Below are positions 11,881 through 24,406 of a stretch of 64,000 nucleotides of DNA, piece after piece. The number at the start of each line of letters is the position of its first letter. The first letter of the stretch is position 1. The DNA is from Scyliorhinus canicula. Taxonomy: Eukaryota. The stretch lies in assembly GCF_902713615.1 (NCBI RefSeq), contig NC_052176.1, forward strand, positions 2,976,001 to 3,040,000, given 5' to 3'. The notes below the pieces were generated by a model that saw nothing but the letters and a program-made list of their open reading frames with translations, was not told the origin of the DNA and searched no databases. The translations under genes and the position numbers were made by a program.

Positions 11881-12936
11881 AACCATAAATCAATAAATCT
11901 CATCCTTCCAAAACTTCCTTAGTTCCATGCCTGTCTACTTTACTTTTAACGCCCAGGTTTCGGTCGGTACGGATGTATAACTTGCCCACGGTGATTCTCC
12001 AACTTTCGTTCCTCTTCATAGAGAAATATTTTTCTCTTTGCAACAGTTGTAGTAGAATTGTAAATAGGTTTGCAAATTTTCTGCACCTTTTACAAAGAGA
12101 AAATCTCTGTCTCCCCCCCTCCAAATAGAAGCAATTGCCCATTGCTGTGTTTTAGGGGCTGGTTGAGCACAGTGGGCTAAACAGCTGCTTGTAATGCCAG
12201 AACAATGCCAGCAGCGCGGGTTCAATTCCTGTACCAGCCTCCCCGAACAGGCGCTGGAATGTGGCGACTAGGGGCTTTTCACAGCAACTTCATTGAAGCC
12301 TACTCGTGACAATAAGCGATTATTATTGTTCCCCAAAACAGGACAGAATAGATCAGTGATTCTTTATGGGAGGGCCGAGAGGCCTTACTCCTAGTCACTG
12401 TGTTGCTGAAACAGACTGATGATATTTACTCTCATTACTATTTTTAGTCAAGTGACACTTTTACGGGCGGCACGTCGGCACAGTGGGTTAACCCTGCTGC
12501 CTCACGGCGCCGAGGTCCCAGGCTTGATCCCGGCTCTGGGTCACTGTCGGTGTGGAGTTTGCACATTCTCCCCGTGTTTGCATGAGTTTCGTCCCCACAA
12601 CCCAAAGATGTGCAGGGTAGGCGGATTGGCCATTGTAAATTCCCCCTTAATTGGAAAAAATGAATTGGGTTCTCTAAATTTATTTTTAAAAAATTGACAC
12701 TTTTACAATTTTTCCAAAGCACACAATGTGGCAATACCAAAGTGGCATTCTACTGCTTTATCTTTCATGCATTGTTCCTCAGAATTACACCAACATATTT
12801 TATTTCTGACAACATTGCCCCTGCACTTCATTCAGACCGAAAACCCTTCCAGTTCCTAAAACTGTTGGGCCCGATAGAATCAAATTATTTCAATGGACTT
12901 CTGCTTGTTCCAGTAAACACTGATCTCTTCCATCAG

Positions 12937-13046
12937 TAATAGAAAAGCTCTTGCTCCAGCTCTCCTTAAGCGTGGTGCAAACGGATGTGGAGAACGCTGA
13001 TTTGAATGGGAAGATCAATTCTCCAGGGCTCAAGATGACGTTTGAG
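12937..13046 (+). CDS. TOP6BL: TOP6BL exon 4 (VIEKLL...LKMTFE)
   Basis: catcag| and |gtacga; phases consistent; ends MTFE like mammalian FQM(I/T)FE. Confidence 0.85.
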
Positions 13047-13285
13047 GTACGAACAGTGTAATCGGCCGCCACTAGATGCCAACAGCTATTTTTTAATTCC
13101 TTGAATTTGTCATGATTTGAGGAGGAGGAAGAGCGTAAGAGGGAAAGTAGCAAGATTTATTGATAGTCTCGTGTATGGGCTGAATATAAATGGATATATA
13201 CGTAAAATAAAGGCCCCAGATGAATGGCTCAGCTGGTTAATGCAATGAATAGCAAGAAGCAGCTGTATAGAACCTTAGACTATAC

Positions 13286-15050
13286 TTGGAGTATAGGGTT
13301 AAGGAAAATCCCAAGGCTTTTTACACGTACATAAAAAGCAAGAGGGTAGCCAGGGAAAGGGCAGGCCCGCTGAAGGACAGGGGAGGGAATTTATGTGTTG
13401 AGCCAGAGGAAATGGGCGAGGTACTAAATGAATACTTTGCATCAGTATTCTCCAAAGAGAAGGAATTGGTGGATGTTGAGTCTGGAGAAGGGTGTGCAGA
13501 TAGCCTGGGTCACATTGAGATCCAAAAAGACGAGGTGTTGGGCAGCTTGAAAAATATTAAGGTAGATAAGTCCCCAGGACCTAATGGGATCCACCCCAGA
13601 ATACTGAAGGAGGCTAGAGAGGAAATTGCTTAGGCCTTGACAGAAATCTTTGGATCCTCACTGTCTTCAGGTGATGTCCCGGAGGACTGGAGAATAGCCA
13701 ATGTTGTTCCTTTGTTTAAGAAGGGTAGCAAGGGCAGCACGGTGGCCTAGTGGTTAGCACAACCGCCTCACGGCGCTGAGGTCCCAGGTTCGATCCCGGC
13801 TCTGGGTCACTGTCCGTGTGGAGTTTGCATATTCTCCCCGTGTCTGCGTGGGTTTCGCCCCCACAACCCAAAAATGTGCAGAGTAGGTGGATTGGCCACG
13901 CTAAATTGCCCCTTAATTGGAAAAAATAATTGGGTAATCTAAATTTAAAAAAAAAAAAAAAAAAAAGAAGGGTAGCAAAGATAATCCAGGGCTCTACAGG
14001 CCGGTGAGCCTTACGACAGTGGTAGGAAAATTACTGGAGAGAATTCTTCAAGACAGGATCTACTCCTATTTGGAAGCAAACAAACTTATTAGCGAGAGGC
14101 AGCATGATTTTGTGAAGGGGAGGTCGTGTCTCACTAACTTGATAGAGTTTTTCGAGGAGGTCACAAAGATGATTGATGCAGGTAGGGCAGCGGATGTTGT
14201 CTATATGGACTTCAATAAGGCCTTTGACAACAAGGTCCCTCGTGGCAGACTGGTACAAAAGGTGAAGTCACACGGGATCAGGGGTGAGCTGGCAAGATGG
14301 ATACAGAACTGGCTAGGTCATTAGAAGGCAGAGAGTAGCAATGGAAGGGCGCTTTTCTGATTGGAGGGCTGTGACTAGTGGTGTTCCGCAGGGATCAGTG
14401 CTGGGACCATTGCTGTTCGTATTATATATAAATGATTTGGAGGAAAATGTAACTGGTCTGATTAGTAAGTTTGCAGACGACACAGAGGTTGGTGGAATTG
14501 CAGATAGCGATGAGGAGGTTACAGCAGGATTTAGATCGTTTGGAGACTTGGGCGGAGAGATGGCAGATGGAGTTTAATCCGGACAAATGTGAGTTAATGC
14601 ATTTGGAAGGTCTAATGCAGGTAGGGCATATACAGTGAATGGCAGAACCCTCAAGAGTATTGACAGTCAGAGAGATCTAGGTGTTCAGGTCCACAGGTCA
14701 CTGAAAGGGGCAACACAGGTGAAGAAGGTAGTCAAGAAGGCATACGGCATGCTTGCCTTCATTGGCCGGGGCATTGAGTATAAAAATTGGCAGTCGTGTT
14801 GCAGCTGTATAGAACCTTAGTTGGGCCACACTTGGAGTATAGTGTTCAATTCTGGTCGCCACACCAGAAGGATGTGGAGGCTTTAGAGAGGGTGCAGAAG
14901 AGATTTACCAGGATGTTGCCTGGTATGAAGGGCATTAGCTATGAGGAGCGGTTGAATAAACTCGGTTTGTTCTCACTGGAACGACGGAGGTTGAGGGGCA
15001 ACCTGATAGAGGTCTACAAAATTATGAGGGGCATAGACAGAGTGGATAGT
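13286..15050 (+). mobile_element. CR1 LINE ORF2 (reverse transcriptase) remnant
   Basis: [29 protein letters not shown] and KFADD motifs; stops and frameshifts. Confidence 0.92.
13732..13964 (+). mobile_element. Short poly(A)-tailed V-SINE (representative; others at ~1633, 11120, 12465, 21926, 24733, 25990, 29959, 44941, 45946)
   Basis: tRNA-like A/B boxes, V-domain, A-tail, 14-bp TSD AAGAAGGGTAGCAA. Confidence 0.9.
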
Positions 15051-16261
15051 CTCGATTTCAAAACGTTGATGGGACTGAGGATATCTCTCCAACTCATGTG
15101 GGTTGAGGCCTAGAATTAGGCTTTGGCACTTCGCCTTATTCAGCTGTGCTGCTGAATTTCAATATGATCCGGGATTTTATTAAAAAGCCATGCAAAATGA
15201 AAATGTAAATACAAATCTCAAATTAGAAATACAAGTTGCCAAGAAAGCACAGCCAACATCTGAATAGCCAGATTAATGATTCATGGTCAATGTAAATAGA
15301 TCTGTTCCCCTTTTGCATGTTGGTAGATATGGTGCCTACCCTCTCCCCAGGATGTCAGGTCGCCAGGGACCCAGGTTCAATTCCAACCTCCAAGTGACTG
15401 TCTGTGTGACGTTTGCACGTTCTCCCCATGTCTGTGTGGGTTTCCTCCGGGTGCTCCGGCTTCCTCCCACAGTCCAAAGACGTGCAGGTTAAGTGGATTG
15501 GCCATGCTAAATTGCCCCTTAGTGTCCCAACTTTACTAATAATAATGATCTTTATTGTAACAAGTAGGCTTACATTAACACGGCAATGAAGCTACTGTGA
15601 AAAGCCCCTCGTCGCCACATTCCGGCGCCTGTTCGGGTACACAGAGGGAGAACTCGGAATGTCCAAATTCCCTAACAAGCACATCTTTCGGGACTTGTGG
15701 GAGGAAACCGGAGCACCCGGAGGAAACCCACGCAGACACGGTGGGGGGGGGGGGAGAACGTGCAGACTCCGCACAGACAGTGACCCAAGCCGGAAATCGA
15801 ACCCGGGACCCTGACGCAGTGAAGCCACAGAGCTAGCCATTGTGCTACCGTGCCGCCCACACAGGTGGAGTGATGGTGATTGGGCCTAGGTGGGATGCTC
15901 GTTCGTAGGGTCGGTGCAGACTCGATGGGCCTAGTGGCCTCCTTCCGCATTGTAGGGATTCCATAATTCTCTGATACCAAGAGGGAACCTTGAATGGGAA
16001 CATATTTTTGTTCTGCAATTGTTTTGATGAGATTAGGCCAATCAGCGCGCAAAGCCATTCCATGCGGCCCCTGGGGCCAGTTTCAATGTCAAACAGGTCA
16101 CTTGGAGTGGAAGATTCTGCAAAGACCTGCTCCTCCAATCATAGACCAATCCTCTCCTGCGTTTCCTCGCTAGAATTATCAATTATTAGTTAATCCCTTT
16201 AGTGCTGCATTTAAAAAAACAATCTTCCTTGAGGTCAATCTTTCTTTTCTGTGTTGAATAG

Positions 16262-16345
16262 ATGTCTGAGGATAGCTGCATTGTGATGACAGATTGCTTA
16301 ACAATCGAGCGTTTCTTGCGCAGGATCGGAATTGTGCACCCGCAG
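16262..16345 (+). CDS. TOP6BL: TOP6BL exon 5 (MSEDSCIVMTDCLTIERFLRRIGIVHPQ)
   Basis: aatag| and |gtattg; strong match to LMTDCLVIKHFLRKIIMVHPK. Confidence 0.95.
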
Positions 16346-16581
16346 GTATTGAACATGAAGCGACTGGGTGAGCTCGGGGGGGGGGGGGAATTAAACCTCA
16401 AATCACAGTTGAATTTTGTTCCTTCACACGAAGGCCCACGCATTGAGCCTTCGAATATGGAGCATCAACTGGGGGATCATGAAAATAGGAATAGGCCTCA
16501 GGCCTGTTGCCCTCCATTGAATGAGATTGTAGCTGGTCTGCATCTTGGCTCCATTTGCAGGCATTGACTCCATTTACCAGA

Positions 16582-16814
16582 TGAGGCACTCTCAATTACG
16601 ATGCGAGAGCGAGGTCGGTAATCAAAGGCTTTAATATACAGAGAACAGGACAGCATTCGAGAGAAGTGTGCTCGCCACATGGAGCCTTATCCTATATACT
16701 GTTTCCTGGGGGCGTAGCCAGAGGCGGAGTCCCCCAGGGTTCCAAGCCTCTTAAAGGGGCAAGGTATTAAAGGTCAGGTACCGTTTACGGTAGTTATTAA
16801 TACCGTTCATCACA
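16582..16814 (-). mobile_element. Short solo LTR (233 bp)
   Basis: TG...CA ends; 5-bp TSD CCAGA. Confidence 0.75.
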
Positions 16815-16898
16815 CCAGATATCCTTCACCAGAAAATAAATCCATCATTTTCAGATTTAGAAATAGAATTATTAATTGAGAATGAATTACTGTCCTTC

Positions 16899-17480
16899 AT
16901 AGAACATCGAACAGTACAGCACAGTACTTCGGCCCACAATGTTGTGCTGACCATTTATCCTAATCTAAGATCGACCTAACCTACACCCCTTCAATTTGCT
17001 GCTGTCTATGTGCCTGTCCAAGAGTCACTTAAATGTCCCCAATGACTCTGACTTCACCGCCTCCGCTGGCAATGCACTCCACGCACCCGCCACTCTCTGT
17101 GTAAAGAACCAACCTCTGACATCTCGACTATACCTTGCTCCAATTATGTCCCCTCGTGACAGCCATTTCTGCCCTGGGGAAAAGTCTCTGCCTATCCACT
17201 CTATCCATGCCTTTCATCACCTTGTGCACCTCTATCAAGTCACCTCTCTTCCTTCTTTGCTCCAGTGAGAAAAGCCCTAGCTCCCTCAACCTTTCTTCAT
17301 AAGACAGGCCCTCCAGTCCAGGCAGCATCCTGGTAAATCTCCTCTGTAACCCCTCCAAAGCATCCACATCCTTCCTATAATGAGGCGCCTAGAACTGGAC
17401 ACAATATTCCAAGTGTGGGCTAACCAGGGTTTTATAAAGCTGCAGCAAAACCTCACGGCTCTTTAACTCAATCTCCCTGT
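16899..17480 (-). mobile_element. CR1 LINE 3' fragment
   Basis: RFTRMLPGL..SYEERLRELGLFSLE plus microsatellite-type tail. Confidence 0.88.
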
Positions 17481-17792
17481 TCGTGTAAAGAAATGTTTTC
17501 TAACTTCTCTCCTGAACGGCCTAGTCTATGAATTTCATGTTTTGTCCCTTTTGTCCGAGATTCTGCCACTGCTTTACTCCATCCACCCTATTAATTCCTT
17601 GCAAAATCCTAAGTGCTTCAATTAAATCGTCCCTGAATCCTCTGCCTTCCAGGAAATACAAGCCTAGTTTATGTAATCTGCTCGAAATGTAACTCTGGTA
17701 ATGTTCTGGTGAATCTGCGTTGCCTTCCTTCCCAGGCCATTAAATTCTCTCTGATGTGTGGTGCACAGTTAGTCAAGGTGTGGACTAACCAG

Positions 17793-18150
17793 GGGCGAAT
17801 CGCCCAGGACCGGCGAAAATCCCGCCCCCGCCATGGCCGGAATCCTCCGCCACCCGGGAATTGGCGGGGGCGGGAATCGCGCCGATCGGCGTGCCCTCCG
17901 CGCTGATCGGCGAGCCCCCTCCGCCGATTCTCCGGCCCCCGATTGCTCGAAGTCCTGCCGCTGAGAGGCCTCTCCCGCCGCCGTGGTTTCAACCACCTCT
18001 GGTGGTGGCGGGATTGGCGGCGCGAGCAGGCCCCCGGGGTCCTGGGGGGGCGCGGGGCGATCGGATCCCGAGTTGTGCCCCCACAGTGGCCAAGCCCGCG
18101 ATCGGGGCCCACCGATCGGCGGGCGGGCCAGTGCCGTGGGGGCACTCTTT
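17793..18150. mobile_element. GC-rich MITE half copy
   Basis: Shares internal motifs (CCGATCGGCGGGC, GATTCTCC) with the full copies. Confidence 0.6.
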
Positions 18151-18780
18151 TTCTGATAGTCATTTGCGATTATTTCTCATACCTGACCACTATAATTTAG
18201 TGCCTTGTGTACGCAGAATCCCAAATCTCTTTGGATCTTCACCACCCAGCTTTTTAACCATTTCAATAATAAAGATGTGGAATTATCCGGAGTACGGATT
18301 TGTAGGACTGGGGATGTGCCATAGCTTGTGGAGGGGATGGGAAGAAAAGAGGGGGAAATTGAAGGGTAATCGATTTATTGTAAGTTTTATATGTTTGCGA
18401 CGTGATTAATAAGTGCAGGTACGCAGAGGGGGAAGGATGGGGAAAACCATCGTTGGTGTATCTCAATTTGTGTTTTTACGAGAATTACATTTTTGATGAG
18501 AAGGCTTTGAGGGCAAATTGGAAATGGCGTGAAGAATTTTACACCGTATGATTGGTGAACGAGACTAATGGAAAATAGCCAAGTAGGAAAAAGTGCTGAG
18601 ACGTTCCAGCCCCATTGTGGCGGGACCCGCCGTGGGCGATTTAACGGCCCAGCCAAGAATCCATTGGCTTACGGCAGAGCCGGACGATCCCAGAGGCAGG
18701 CAAGCCCGGAAGATCCCACTCAAGACAAGTGCAAGTGACAAATGAAAATGAAGACAACATATTAGTCAGTGGGGATATTT

Positions 18781-19115
18781 GGGTGGCACGATGGCACAGA
18801 GGTTAGCACAGTTGCTTCACAGCTCCAGGGTCCCAGGTTCGCTTCCAGGCTTGGGTCACTGTCTGTGCGGAGTCTGCACGTTCTCTCCCCGTGTGTGCGT
18901 GGGTTTCCTCCGGGTGCTCCGGTTTCCTCCCACAGTCCAAAGATGTGCGGGTTAGGTGGGGTTGGCCATGTTGAATTGCCCTTAGTGTTCAAAAAGGTTA
19001 AGCGGGGATTACAGGGATAGGGTAGAGATGTGGGCTTGAGTAGGGTGCTCTTTGTAAGGACCGTTGCAGACTCGATAGGCCGAATGGCCTCCTTCTGCAC
19101 TGTAAATTCTATGAA
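18781..19115 (+). mobile_element. HE1-type SINE with CR1-like tail (representative of ~20 copies, e.g. 19768, 20507, 23818, 39626, 43300-45888 cluster, 53308, 54427, 55725)
   Basis: tRNA head, V-domain, tail GGCCGAATGGCCTCCTTCTGCACTGT shared with CR1 3' ends. Confidence 0.9.
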
Positions 19116-19252
19116 AATTGGCAGTCACAATAGACAAAAAAACAATTTCATTAAAACGGCTATACTTTCATATATAGGTGCAGTGCTTCTTTTTCTATTG
19201 GTTACAAACATTCTTCTTAAGACTAAAGTAAGAAAAAATATTTATCTTACAG

Positions 19253-19308
19253 GTAAAAATCCAGTTTGATGTTGAAGTAAATGGTAACCTATCGACTCAC
19301 ATCTTTGG
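19253..19308 (+). CDS. TOP6BL: TOP6BL exon 6 (VKIQFDVEVNGNLSTHIFG)
   Basis: ttacag| and |gtaaga; matches VRFHFSVKVNGILSTEIFG. Confidence 0.95.
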
Positions 19309-20151
19309 GTAAGAATATACACTTCCTAGCACTAGCTCTTGTGTGTGGCATTTCACTATTTTTTATTATTGGTGTCAAATATTTCTTGAGGAGCTCTCAA
19401 TCTCGTTCCTCTCAAACTTCTGCTTATCAAGAACTGTATGATTCATAATACTCTCTGCATTTAAACCAAAACACCATCACACCAATGCTTGTCAGCTCCA
19501 CCGGTTCCTTATGCAATGGCTGCAAGATTGACGTTACTCAGTGGAGTGGACAGGTTGTAGGGGCAGTGGTAATCTGGAGTCAGAAGGACAGGAATATATG
19601 GGCTACTGGGGCAACGAGTGATTTGAGCGTGAGGTGAGGATTTTGATGCTGATTAGCTGGGGCACAGGGAGTTGCAATAGCATGGGGTGACGCGTGTCCG
19701 GGCCGTTATATGGAAGAAGATATGGAAGACGCGGTCCTATATGGCTCGCGTTCAAAACCTGTTGATTGGGTGGCACGGTAACACAGTGGTTAGCACCATT
19801 GCTTCACAGCGCCAGTGACCCGGGTTCGATTCCCGCTTGGGTCACTGTCTGTGAGGAGTCTGCACGTTCTCTCCGTGTCTGCGTGGGTTTCCTCCGGGTG
19901 CTCCGGTTTCATCCCACGGTCCAAAGATGTACGGGTTAGGTGAATTGGTCATGTTAAATATACCCGTAGTGTCCAAAACTTAAGGGGTCGCTGGGTTACG
20001 GGGATAGGCTGGAGGTGTGGGCTTAGGTAGGGTGCTCTTTCAGGGGGCGGTGTAGACTCAATGGGCTGAACGGCCTCCTGCACTGTAAATTCTATAATTT
20101 TTATTGCATCAAGTATAGATTTTTAATCAGTCTTCACCATTCACAAGTATC

Positions 20152-21104
20152 TGTTATAATACTGTTTGGTAATATATCGTTACTCATTGCTTCGTAATCC
20201 AGAATGGTCTGATGGTGTGATTATAAAGAAGCCACCAATCTCTAACTTAAAGCAAAACTGATTTATTGAATAACGATTAAAATATATTGAGTTTGCACAC
20301 TCCACAGAACTGTAACTATTATTAAAGTAATCTATGTTTAAGTAATAACTGGGGCTGTTTAGCTCACAGGGCTAATCGCTGGCTTTGAAAGCAGATCAAG
20401 GCAAGCCAGCAGCACGGTTCGATTCCCGTAACAGCCTCCCCGAACAGGCGCCGGAATGTGGCGACTAGGGGCTTTTCACAGTAACTTCATTTGAAGCCTA
20501 CTCGTGACATAGAACATAGAACATAGAACAGTACAGCACAGAACAGGCCCTTCGGCCCTCAATGTTGTGCCGAGCCATGATCACCCTACTCAAACCCACG
20601 TATCCACCCTATACCCGTAACCCAACAACCCCCGCCTTAACCTTACTTTTATTAGGACACTATGGGCAATTTAGCATGGCCAATCCACCTAACCCGCACA
20701 TCTTTGGACTGTGGGAGGAAACCGGAGCACCCGGAGGAAACCCACGCACACAGGGGGAGGACGTGCAGACTCCACACAGACAGTGACCCAGCCGGGAATC
20801 GAACCTGGGACCCTGGAGCTGTGAAGCATTTATGCTAACCACCATGCTACCCTGCTGCCCCTAACAATAAGCGATTTTCATTTTTTCATTCATTTCATTT
20901 CATAATAGCTAATGAACTACACGTGCTACTTCAATCTAGTCTTCACGATGCTGTGATCTATCTCTGTCTCTGCTGCTAACTCTTAACTGACTACCCAAGA
21001 TTCCCTGAGTTCTTATATTTATACTAGCGGTGCCCTCTAGTGTTTGTATTACCCTGAGATGTAATAATTAACCCTTTACTTGTATACATATACATATCAT
21101 TACG
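20152..21104 (-). mobile_element. Solo LTR carrying two nested SINEs
   Basis: TG...CG (mutated CA); 5-bp TSD GTATC. Confidence 0.65.
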
Positions 21105-21167
21105 GTATCTACTAATCTAGAACTGCATTTTCCATTAATATGCCTAACCTTGATGCTTTAATTTTAG

Positions 21168-21236
21168 GAATGAGAACCTGGACAAATTCTGCAGCGATGG
21201 ACACACTTTACTTTGTGGCAGCACTCACTATGTAAG
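21168..21236 (+). CDS. TOP6BL: TOP6BL exon 7 (NENLDKFCSDGHTLLCGSTHYV)
   Basis: ttttag| and |gtaagt; phase 2-2; matches VENE...GIALLVDSQHYV. Confidence 0.88.
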
Positions 21237-21874
21237 GTAAGTATCAGGTCTTGTGCTGTGCACAACCTGTTTCTACCGAGAGGTTGGCGGTGGACCAATC
21301 ATTGGCGCGCATGCACAGTGCGGCCGCGTGTTTTTTACATGTTCGCGGCCATTTTGAAGGCCGCTTGCAGCCGGCATAGTTAAAAGCCGGCTGCTGCGCA
21401 CGGATTTGCACAATCGGGAGCGCCCCCCGACGGATGGCTCCGCGACCCTCCCGACACCCACCCGCCGGTCGCCCCCACCCCCCCCGAGTTTGACAGTGCC
21501 TGCCCTAAGGGACACCTGGTGACCCAGTTGTGTTTTTTATGATGAACTGGCAGTTTTGAGAATAAGTTTTCTCCAGTGCCAATGCAGGATTCAACCAGAT
21601 TTACTGAATTCAAATTCACAACTTGTCACAATGGGGCCTTTTTAAGTTGCTATGCATATATTAGTAATTAGTGTGAGAACACGTATCTGACTTGTGAGTG
21701 CCAAGATCGCGACACTCAATCTGGAGGTCACACAATGGATTAAACATTGTGTGGGCCAATATCGGATACAATTAAGCTGACAGTCCAAATTCCAGAGAAT
21801 CACTTGGTTAAAGCGGTGTTTTATGCCAGGAATGTTCAATCACAGAATAGACCTTTGTTATTATCTTAAGTTAT

Positions 21875-22359
21875 GATGTGGAGATGCCGGCGTTGAACCG
21901 GGGTGGGCACAGTAGGAAGTCTTACGGGCAGCACGGTGGCACAGTGGTTAGCACTGCTGCCTGCAGCATTGAGGACCCGGATTCGAATCCCGGCCCTGGG
22001 TCACTGTCCGTGTGGAGTTTGCACATTCTCCCCGTGACTGCGTGGGTTTCACCCCCACAACCCAAAAGATGTGCAGGGTAGGTGGATTGGCCACGCTAAA
22101 TTGCCCCTTAATTGGAAAAAAATTACTGGGTACTCTAAATTTAAAAAAAAGAAGTCTTACAACACCAGGTTAAAGCCCAACAATTTTGTTTGGAATCACT
22201 AGCTTTCGGAGTGTAGCTCCTTCATCAGGTGACTCAGATCCTGAGGAAGGAGCAGTGCTCCGAAAGCTAGTGATTCCAAACAAACCTGTTGGGCTTTAAC
22301 CTGGTGTTGTAAGACTTCTTACTGTGCCCACCCCAGTCCAACGCCGGCATCTCCACATC
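21875..22359. mobile_element. Penelope-like palindromic terminal element (SINE inserted in left arm)
   Basis: Long inverted arms; each arm contains a CTGANGA...GAAA hammerhead core. Confidence 0.75.
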
Positions 22360-22482
22360 TCACTTTAATGGCATTCCTACCTTTCCACCACAGTGTTACT
22401 TTGATTAATGCAAGTTGCCTTTGTAAATATTAATAACAGTTAAATCTCTATCTTATAAATATACTCTTTTTTTTCTGAGCAG

Positions 22483-22675
22483 AGACTTTGCGTATGCAGA
22501 TGATTCACGTTGTTGCAGACTCCATCCTATTGCTGGGAAGCCTTTTCCTCTTTCTATTCCTGACAAACTCGCAGAAGATGGGGTGTGCGGAGTGCTTGAG
22601 ATATTATCAATCGCAGCCATTTGTCCTTGCCTGAAAAATTACCCCAACAAACCCACTAGAGTTTCAAACCTATCT
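22483..22675 (+). CDS. TOP6BL: TOP6BL exon 8 (RDFAY...CCRLHPIAGKP...AAICPC...RVSNLS)
   Basis: gagcag| acceptor; matches CSRIHPVLGHP...AAALCP...RISSVS; ends at U12 donor |GTATCCTT. Confidence 0.93.
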
Positions 22676-24406
22676 GTATCCTTCGTTGAAAGGTTAGACA
22701 ATACATGTAGATGTAAATAGGAAACAACAAGGAAATAATCATTTTTCATATAGTCACAAGTCGGCTTACATTAACACTGCAATGAAGTTACTGTGAAAAT
22801 CCCCTCGTCGCCACATTCCGGCGCCTGTTCGGGCACACAGGGGGATAATTCAGAATTCTCAGCTGGTCCGGGAATTGAGCCTCCGCTTCTGACCTTATTC
22901 CGCATCACAAACTAGCTGTCTAGCCCACTGAGCTAAACCAGCCCCTGCGAGGTGATTCTCTGCTGAAGTGCGTGTGAGCCTTGTGACATGCTTCCATTTT
23001 GTGTACCGTCCACCATATTGTTAAGATGGCTATGGGGGCAGGTATGATCAATCTGACTTTACGCCCGAGCACTGGGGAAGTGCGAATCAATGTCACTTTT
23101 CCTCAATCACTGACCAGACAGTCGCTTTGGCTGAATACCTTTGACAGCCTAGCACTTGAACTGTGTTTTCCTTGCGCGTTTCAATGAATATTTTTGTTTC
23201 GTTAGCTGGCACTGATTGGAAAGCATGTAAATGGGGTGCCACATTAGGATTAAAAATTAGGATTAAATGCTGTTTATTCACGGAATGTTGGTATTGTTGC
23301 CAAAGCCAGCATTTCTTGCGGGGGGGGTTCCGACCACGGGGGGTTCCTCCGATGTGGCCTGCCCCGCGGTCGGGACCCACCGATCAGCGGGCCGGCCTCT
23401 CTGTCTCCTGGCCTCCTTTCTACCGCGCTGGCGCCTGTACTCCTGCGGCATGTTGGGTCGAGGCCGGCGCGGACAAGGGAGACACCGCGCATGCGCAGAA
23501 ATCGCACCGGTGGGACTGCGCATGCGCGCATCCCCCGACGCATGGGAGGGGGTGGTGAAGTGGGAGCCTAGTTCGGGAGGCCGGCGGAAAACACCAAAGG
23601 GAGGGGAAGGGTAGGTAACCTTTGATGGGGAGGTGCCTCTAATGAGCTCAGTGGGTCCACGAAAGAAGTTCTCCCATTCCTGACATCAGCCCACGCGGGT
23701 AAAGTTGCCAGCTTTCCTGCATGTTCCAGCGCTGGTGGGGGCGAGGCCTTAAGTGGCCATTCATTGGCCTCTTAAGGGCCTCATTAAGCCCAAGGATGGG
23801 CAGGCTGCACGACAGTGGACCGCACGGTTGCACAAGTGATTAGCACTGTGGCTTCACAGCACCAAGGTCCCAGGTTCGATTCCCTGCTGGGTCACTGCCT
23901 GTGCAGAGTCTGCACGTTCTCCCTCGTGTCTGCGTGGGTTTCCTCCGGGTGCTCCGGTTTCTTCCCACAGTGCAAAGACGTGCAGGTTAGGTGGATTGGT
24001 CATCTTAGCGACCACAAAAAAGGTTAGGAGGGGTTATTGGGTTACGGGGATAGGGTGGAAGTGAGGGCTTACATGGGTCGGTGCCGACTCGATGGGCCAA
24101 ATGGCCTCCTTCTGCACTGTGTGTTCTATGTTCTAACACCTTCCCCATAAAGTTTTAGCTAGGTCATGGGCAGGCAAGTAGGTGGCTTGAGGGTCACCTG
24201 CTGGAATTTACATGCCCTCACGCCTTCAAACCCACCGGCAGAGGAGCGTGAGATCCAGCCTTATGAGTGAGATTTAGCCATTAGACCATGGAGTAGAGGT
24301 GGTGAAGGACTATGACATTTGGTATATCATTTTGGATCTTGCAAATAGTTTCTACTGGTCAATGATATCTGCAAACGATAAAACAGCAATCCTTGACTTG
24401 ACACAT
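22676..24406 (+). other. TOP6BL: U12-type (minor spliceosome) intron with GT-AT termini, TOP6BL intron 8
   Basis: 5' GTATCCTT; U12 branch box TCCTTGAC at 24390-24397; in-frame, homology-supported junction ...ACACAT|ATATTT. Confidence 0.8.

Noticed and set aside
18781-18860. tRNA genes
   Set aside because: A/B-box sequences are SINE heads continuing into SINE bodies; no standalone cloverleaf found.
20507-20861. Segmental duplication with 53308-53650
   Set aside because: Similarity stops at the SINE ends; two copies of a young subfamily.
24381-24386. Canonical AG acceptor for TOP6BL exon 9
   Set aside because: Out of frame and upstream of the U12 branch box.
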